Shown here piece by piece: positions 58,379-64,000 of a stretch of 64,000 nt of DNA; the first letter of the stretch is position 1, and each line of letters begins with the position of its first letter. The translations under genes were made by a program, and so were the position numbers. Source of the DNA: Rhynchopus sp. YZ270_cl-10. Taxonomy: Eukaryota. The notes beneath the pieces were generated by a model. It saw only the letters and a list, made by a program, of their open reading frames with translations. It made no database searches and was not told where the DNA came from. The stretch lies in NCBI GenBank assembly GCA_964035575.1, contig OZ037837.1:1612001-1676000 (forward strand), read 5' to 3'.

Positions 58379-61300
58379 ATGTACGGCTCACGCAAGAAGG
58401 TGCGGGACTACGAGAAGGAGCACAGCATCCTGAAGCTGGTCGACGAGCTTGTGAACGAGCTGCTTCGCCGCATGCCGTGCGACCCGTTGGCGCACCTGGC
58501 GTGCTACATCGACGGCCTGCGTGGGGCAGCGCCTGCGACGGACGTGGAGAAGAACAAGCTTGCGGCAGAAGGCAGCACTGCGGCGTGCGCAGAGGTGTCG
58601 CACCCCTCGAGCACATCATCATCGCTCGAAGCGGCGCTGGGGACACTCTGGGATGCGTGCCGATCCAACCACGCGTGGTTCAAGGAGCGTTTCGAGGAGG
58701 ACGTTTTGCAGGGCCTTCGAGATGTGCTTGCGACAGTCTTCGTGAAGGCTGGGAAGGCGAAGGGAGGACAGGCCTGGAAGGGACAGGAGGCAAAGGACAC
58801 ACCTGTGCAGACACAACTGAAGTTCGATGCTTCGCCAGACGTGACACAAGCAAATTCGGCACAAATTGTGCAGCTGGTGGACCCCTACAGCGCCGAGTAC
58901 AGACCCACGCAGAGTGTGTCGGAGGTGGTCGACGGGCTTGCAGACTGGTTCGGACCTGGACGGAAGCTGTGGCCGCGGAGTGCTGTGGACAGGGTGAAGC
59001 ACAACTGCACCTTCATGCAGCACAAGCACAACTACGGGGAGGTGGCGGAGGTGGTGGTGCCGCTCTTCATCTACTCGATTGCGATCATGACGGAGTACAC
59101 GTGGGCCTTCTGGGTCTCCTCGGATGGGCACGGACGGTGGACGCCGTTCTCGTCGGCGCACGCAGTTGTGCTGGAGAAGGACTTCCTTGCGCACTGCACG
59201 AAGGACGGGGCACCCCTGTGTGGGGAGGACGAAGACCTGACACGTCCACGGGGGCTGCCGCTTGCACCACTGAACGGCACCATCACAGAGGCAAGGCGTG
59301 CGCTTGCAAGGGTTGCGGAGGACACGAGGGATGAGGGCACCACCCCCAGCAGGCAGCCGGCCAGTGCCGCCTTCGAGCTGCCCACGCAGATGCAGGTGGT
59401 GTTCTGCGACGGGCGCATGGTGGGCGGCAGCAGCAGCGAGGGGGACGAACGGGGGCGTGGCTTTGCAGGGAAGGTTGGTGGGGTGTTTGCGGGCTGGGAG
59501 GGGCTCACGGTCTTTGTGAGCACGCCCTTCCTTGAGGGTTGCAGATGTCGTGGTGAGGCCACGGCCACCACCACCACGGACACTGCCCCTGCTACTGCCA
59601 CCACGGACACGACCAAGGACGTGGCAAAGGAGTTCTACATAGCACGGTACAAACTGGCAGACGTGAGGGCAGAGTACGAGGATGCACACACGCAAGGCAC
59701 GGCGGATGCGGAGACACTCGCGAGCCTGAAGAAACGTGTTGCGCTGCACCCGTACTCGGACTCGGTTGCGTGGCTTCCGGCCCCGTCCTGCATCTTTGAA
59801 GGCCTCCACACTGCGACGGCGGACGTGCAGCACACACAGACGATGTCTCTGTCTCTCGCACGACTTCCCCCACCCGGTGTGCTGGAGTACCTGCAAAGCA
59901 GACGCACCTGTGAGCACCTTGAGATTGCCGAGGGTGGTCTGCACTATCTGCGTTCGGAGGATGTGTTTGCGTGCCGTGCGCGTGAGGAGGTGCTCGCGGG
60001 AAGGAAAGACAAGGTGGCGGGGACAGAGACAGCGTACGTCCGCTGTGACGACAGCTGCTGCTTCTTCTGTGCGGTGGGTGCGCTGAAGGACCGTTGCGTG
60101 CGCGAGAAGAACCAGCAGCAGTACGACAAAGGCTGCAAGGAAGACCTCGACGCACTGAGCACCGAACACAAACAAGACTACAGCCCGTTCCAAGCGCTCG
60201 TGGCACACAAGGTCGCCATCGCCGTGCGTGAGGCTCCCGAAGGCCAGGCACCGACGCCGCTGACGATCCTCCACGCTCTCGACATCCAGGCCGTGTACTG
60301 GTCCTCGGCAGGTGTGACAGACTGGGAGCACGTGGAACCCCTGCACGCTTCGCTCTCTGGGAAGAACAAGTTCATCGCCGTACCTGGAGCAGACGGCCCA
60401 CCGTGTGTGCTGTACAAATCCTGCTGCGAGTTCGCGGACCAGCCGTACTACGTCTTGAACGCGTCGATGCGTGATGCGCAGAACAAGGCACACAAGACGC
60501 AGATCACAGTGACGCGCAAGGACAAGACGAGCGAGGTCTTCTGTGCACGCAGCGTCGCGTCGCTTGGGAAGGGTATGGGCACGCTCCGCGAGGTGGCACG
60601 CAAGCACGCGACCCTGAGGACCTGCCTCAGAGACCTGATGAGGCTGTCGCACCAGACGTGCTTCGAATCCGAGACGAGCGGGACGTCGCTCTGGTACACG
60701 TCACGTGACATTATCGACGATAAGAAGAAGGACGACGCCCTGCCGCTCAAGGACGATGAGGACTACCTGGACCCTGTGCACTACAGCGGGCTTGGCTACT
60801 ACCGGTACACGGCACGGTACGACACGGAGGCACCGGAGTACATGGAACCAAGCACGGTGAGGGTGCAAATGGGGGACTGGGTGTCGGGGCAGGTGCGGCC
60901 GCTGCTGTTCTACGTGAACGAGGCAATGAAGGAGATGTCGCCTGTGCTGTCGTACCGGGGGTGGCGGTGTGCGCCGGAGACAGAGCAGAAGTGCTACCGT
61001 GGGCTTGGGAACGCGCGCCTGCCCCCTGAGCTCTACGCAAGGGGTAACGTGGTGGTGTGGTCTGCGTTCTCGTCGACGTCGACGGACCAGGGCATCTCAC
61101 AGTTCTACGCCAGCTCCGCGAGTGGGATGACGGCGTCGGTCTTCATTGTTAAAGGGTCGTCTTGCAGGCTGATCGCACCCTGGAGCAGGTTCGGCCGTGA
61201 AGAGGAGTGGCTGTTCCCACTGAACTCAATGTTCAAGGTGGACACCATGCTGACGGAGGACCAGCAGTCGATTCTCGGGAAGAAAGACTTCCAGCTCTTC

Positions 61301-64000
61301 GAGATCTCTGAGGTCGACGAGTTGTCGATGGAGAAGATCCGCATCCGCTGCTCCCTGGCAAGCGCACAGACGAAGGAGGTCGTGCGTCGTGTGGTCTTCT
61401 CAGCAGTGTCTGCAGTGGACTCTGGGAACGGTGTTCTCGACGTTTCCCTGAAGAGCGCAAGCGAAGGCTGTGTGGATGCGAAGTGGGTGTACACATTTGT
61501 GGTGAACTTCGACGCCCTCCAGCTGTCTCCTGTGATGACGAGCAACAACACGAAGCTTTGCACTGACAACATGGCCGACAGCTGGAGCAGTTTCCTGTCC
61601 CAGGCTCACAATCTCAATCGCTTCACCCACGAGCACCCCTGTGTGATCTTTGACCAGTCCTCGGAGGAGGGGCGGCAGGTGCTCAACGCAGTGTCTTTGG
61701 TTCTCGGCCTGCGCCACTCGAAAGCGCTCACGTTTGTTGAGGTGACGTGCCACCTGAAGCCCTCGAAGGTGAAGGACGCCCGCAGCCTGCAGGAAGAGAA
61801 CGCAAGCTCGGGCTACTACCAGCTGAAGGCGATGAACCCGACGGAGCAGTGGGAGGTGAGCATCGAGATGCGGCGTCAGGACCGGGAGGGGTATGCTGTT
61901 GGCCCTTCGGGTGCTGTGCTGCTGCACCAGATCATCGCGAAGCAGGTGCACCTGGTGAGGGTTGACATCCGCAACAACGGTGTGGGTGTCGAGGGTGCAG
62001 AGCTCCTTCTGCAGGCGCTGCGTGTCAACAGGCATGTTGTGCAGCTCAGCATCTGCGACACTGAGCAGCAGCAAAGGCCTCTGCAGGTGCGTGACACACA
62101 CACATGCGACTCCGACTACGGGGACGATCCACACCTGGGGGAGGTTGCGGCACAGCGCATGATGCACATCCAGCAGGTCATCAACATCAGGTGTGCGCAC
62201 AACAGAGGCACCATTGTGTCAAGCACGTTCTCCGACCTGGGTGACACCTGGCCGCAGTGCGCCACGGAAGCGCTGTACGACGTGGACGTGGTGGACATGG
62301 CCTTCTCGGACCTGTTCGACACCCGCCAGCGTGAGGCTGTTCTCTTCATCCGCCTTCTGCAGAAGGCGGTTGACGCACAGCAGCAACAGGAGCTTGCTTT
62401 CAGCAGGACGTACCCAAAGCTCCCAGGCGCGCTTGTTGCTGCTGCGCACTTCTGCGACCTGTGCGACATTAAGTTGCTTCTGGACATGCACTGCAACCCC
62501 TTCGAGACGGACGCGTTTGGCGAAACACCACAACTGAAGATGTGGCGACGTCTTCACAGAGCCACAGACACTCATCTTATTCGCAGTACTAAATTGCCCC
62601 TCGTGATGCGTGACCTACACGTGTGTCTGGACAGGCTCCAGCCCACAGTGTTCCGGTACGACGAGCCACTGTGGAAGGTGAAGAACTTTGCGCTGGAGGT
62701 GATGCGGATGGCAGACGACCGTGATCACATCTCTCTCGCAGCTGAGCTGATCCGCAACGTGCGCACGAGCTACGAATCCTGGTGTGAGGAATCCTTGCTC
62801 GAGAACGAGGCTGCCACGTTGTGCGCCTCTGAGTGCGCCAAGCGCGCTACTGAAATGATGCAGGACACCCTGGACCTGTGCAAGAAGTGCTCCGCCCTGA
62901 ATGTGCTGCAGTGCCCTCTCCGCCGTCTGGAAGCAAGCCTCTTCTGTATCAAGGTGTTTTGCTCGTATGGGAACGAGCTCCTTCCCCTTGTCACACCAGT
63001 GCAGTGGTGTGACAATAGTAAAGCATGTGCAGCCAAGATCCATACACGCAACACGGGGCGCAGGAGGAGGGAAGAAGGTTGTTACCAGAGTTACGCAGAA
63101 ATGTGCAGCAATAATCACGTACATGAGAATTGGTCTCGTCTTGTCGAGGCGAAGCTTCCACGCAGAATGGACAAGAACGGAATCCACTACTTCGAGCATG
63201 AAGTTGCTTTGCAGGACACGGAACCATGGTCAGACATGCAAGAGGCAGATGTGTGCAGCACGCATCGCATATACGAAGGCAGCTACGTTACAAAGCAGCA
63301 GTATCTGGACATGGTGTGGAGCACAGCCGAGGAGGAGCCGCCGCAGATACGCAGGCAGAACGGTGATGGCTACTTTGTCTTCAAACACGACTGGGATGAA
63401 GACATGGAGGGTGGTGCCTGGGAGGACGGCAAGAAGGAGACACTGCCGACGCTTCCGACGCTTGTGGAGCAGTTGCGGCAGCCCTCTCTCAACCTGTACG
63501 ACCCAACGGTGTTTGGTAGCCGCATTGAAACGGAGGAGAGCAGGGCCCAGCTGCGCACGTGGTCGAGGCTGTGGGGTGCTGTGAACGCTGTGCTGGTGAC
63601 GAGAATGGAGAAGGAGCGGGTGCTCTTCCGCAAGGTGGAGAACGTGACGGACACTGCTGTGCTGCTCCACCACCTCCACCTGAAGCGTGGTGAGCTGTAC
63701 TGCCAGCCCGACATCACTCTCTGGGATGTGGAGCGCCGCTACAGAAACCGTGCTTTGGGTGACGACAACGACATCGAGGACAATACAGCAAGGACGAAGC
63801 TGGAATTCAACGACAATTCAGGAAGACTGTGGGAGGCGTCAGAGCGCAGATGGACAGGGAGGGGTGGCGAGGAGGCTGCGTATGAAGGCGAGCTTTGCTA
63901 CGAACATGAGTTCAAATACAAATGCATGCAGGCACACAAGCAGGCACGCAAGGAAAGAGGGGAGGACGTGGGGTTTGATCTGAACACGTTACTCAGATGG
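58379..64000 (+). CDS. Giant ADP-ribosyltransferase, tandem copy 2 (3' end beyond the window)
   Basis: Colinear with 49080 onward at a ~9.3-kb offset. The indels checked are in frame, no stop in this frame appears in the ORF track, and the YRG/STS/EEE motifs are intact. Confidence 0.88.
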   Translation, partial: MYGSRKKVRDYEKEHSILKLVDELVNELLRRMPCDPLAHLACYIDGLRGAAPATDVEKNKLAAEGSTAACAEVSHPSSTSSSLEAALGTLWDACRSNHAWFKERFEEDVLQGLRDVLATVFVKAGKAKGGQAWKGQEAKDTPVQTQLKFDASPDVTQANSAQIVQLVDPYSAEYRPTQSVSEVVDGLADWFGPGRKLWPRSAVDRVKHNCTFMQHKHNYGEVAEVVVPLFIYSIAIMTEYTWAFWVSSDGHGRWTPFSSAHAVVLEKDFLAHCTKDGAPLCGEDEDLTRPRGLPLAPLNGTITEARRALARVAEDTRDEGTTPSRQPASAAFELPTQMQVVFCDGRMVGGSSSEGDERGRGFAGKVGGVFAGWEGLTVFVSTPFLEGCRCRGEATATTTTDTAPATATTDTTKDVAKEFYIARYKLADVRAEYEDAHTQGTADAETLASLKKRVALHPYSDSVAWLPAPSCIFEGLHTATADVQHTQTMSLSLARLPPPGVLEYLQSRRTCEHLEIAEGGLHYLRSEDVFACRAREEVLAGRKDKVAGTETAYVRCDDSCCFFCAVGALKDRCVREKNQQQYDKGCKEDLDALSTEHKQDYSPFQALVAHKVAIAVREAPEGQAPTPLTILHALDIQAVYWSSAGVTDWEHVEPLHASLSGKNKFIAVPGADGPPCVLYKSCCEFADQPYYVLNASMRDAQNKAHKTQITVTRKDKTSEVFCARSVASLGKGMGTLREVARKHATLRTCLRDLMRLSHQTCFESETSGTSLWYTSRDIIDDKKKDDALPLKDDEDYLDPVHYSGLGYYRYTARYDTEAPEYMEPSTVRVQMGDWVSGQVRPLLFYVNEAMKEMSPVLSYRGWRCAPETEQKCYRGLGNARLPPELYARGNVVVWSAFSSTSTDQGISQFYASSASGMTASVFIVKGSSCRLIAPWSRFGREEEWLFPLNSMFKVDTMLTEDQQSILGKKDFQLFEISEVDELSMEKIRIRCSLASAQTKEVVRRVVFSAVSAVDSGNGVLDVSLKSASEGCVDAKWVYTFVVNFDALQLSPVMTSNNTKLCTDNMADSWSSFLSQAHNLNRFTHEHPCVIFDQSSEEGRQVLNAVSLVLGLRHSKALTFVEVTCHLKPSKVKDARSLQEENASSGYYQLKAMNPTEQWEVSIEMRRQDREGYAVGPSGAVLLHQIIAKQVHLVRVDIRNNGVGVEGAELLLQALRVNRHVVQLSICDTEQQQRPLQVRDTHTCDSDYGDDPHLGEVAAQRMMHIQQVINIRCAHNRGTIVSSTFSDLGDTWPQCATEALYDVDVVDMAFSDLFDTRQREAVLFIRLLQKAVDAQQQQELAFSRTYPKLPGALVAAAHFCDLCDIKLLLDMHCNPFETDAFGETPQLKMWRRLHRATDTHLIRSTKLPLVMRDLHVCLDRLQPTVFRYDEPLWKVKNFALEVMRMADDRDHISLAAELIRNVRTSYESWCEESLLENEAATLCASECAKRATEMMQDTLDLCKKCSALNVLQCPLRRLEASLFCIKVFCSYGNELLPLVTPVQWCDNSKACAAKIHTRNTGRRRREEGCYQSYAEMCSNNHVHENWSRLVEAKLPRRMDKNGIHYFEHEVALQDTEPWSDMQEADVCSTHRIYEGSYVTKQQYLDMVWSTAEEEPPQIRRQNGDGYFVFKHDWDEDMEGGAWEDGKKETLPTLPTLVEQLRQPSLNLYDPTVFGSRIETEESRAQLRTWSRLWGAVNAVLVTRMEKERVLFRKVENVTDTAVLLHHLHLKRGELYCQPDITLWDVERRYRNRALGDDNDIEDNTARTKLEFNDNSGRLWEASERRWTGRGGEEAAYEGELCYEHEFKYKCMQAHKQARKERGEDVGFDLNTLLRW

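Noticed and set aside
49320..60652. Long minus-strand ORFs (676-677 aa and others)
   Set aside because: They are antisense shadows of GC-rich + strand CDSs.
1..64000. tRNA, rRNA or spliced-leader RNA genes
   Set aside because: None recognised by eye; tRNAscan-SE or Infernal would be needed to exclude them.

Overview
Eukaryotic genomic DNA, most likely a euglenozoan protist such as a diplonemid. This is inferred from FCaBP/calflagin-like genes, all intact genes lying on the + strand, AC-rich leaders, and nearly intronless CDSs with one GT-AG intron. The first ~26 kb is a nest of TIR/foldback elements, satellites and a segmental duplication carrying two B-box/Ubl/LRR genes. It holds two related ~1.2-kb foldback palindromes (1116-2339 and 9219-10406) with near-identical arms and a shared asymmetric centre (GGCAG-NN-TCCAT). 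The first has also mirror-duplicated its flanking transposon, and several GG-terminated elements are chained through shared TA dinucleotides. From 26 to 37 kb lies a run of ubiquitin-system genes: ATG12-like, two Ubl-LRR-CaaX genes, a pseudo-phosphatase/cullin-like fusion and a zinc-finger-repeat RING protein. From 40 to 47 kb are three tandem genes built from repeated FCaBP-like modules. From 49 to 64 kb are two tandem copies of a ~2,600-aa protein with a RIIa/Dpy-30-like N-terminus, a WWE-like segment, an intact R-S-E ADP-ribosyltransferase domain, LRR/ankyrin-like repeats and a possible macrodomain-like C-terminus. All domain calls are by-eye motif recognition, not database results.
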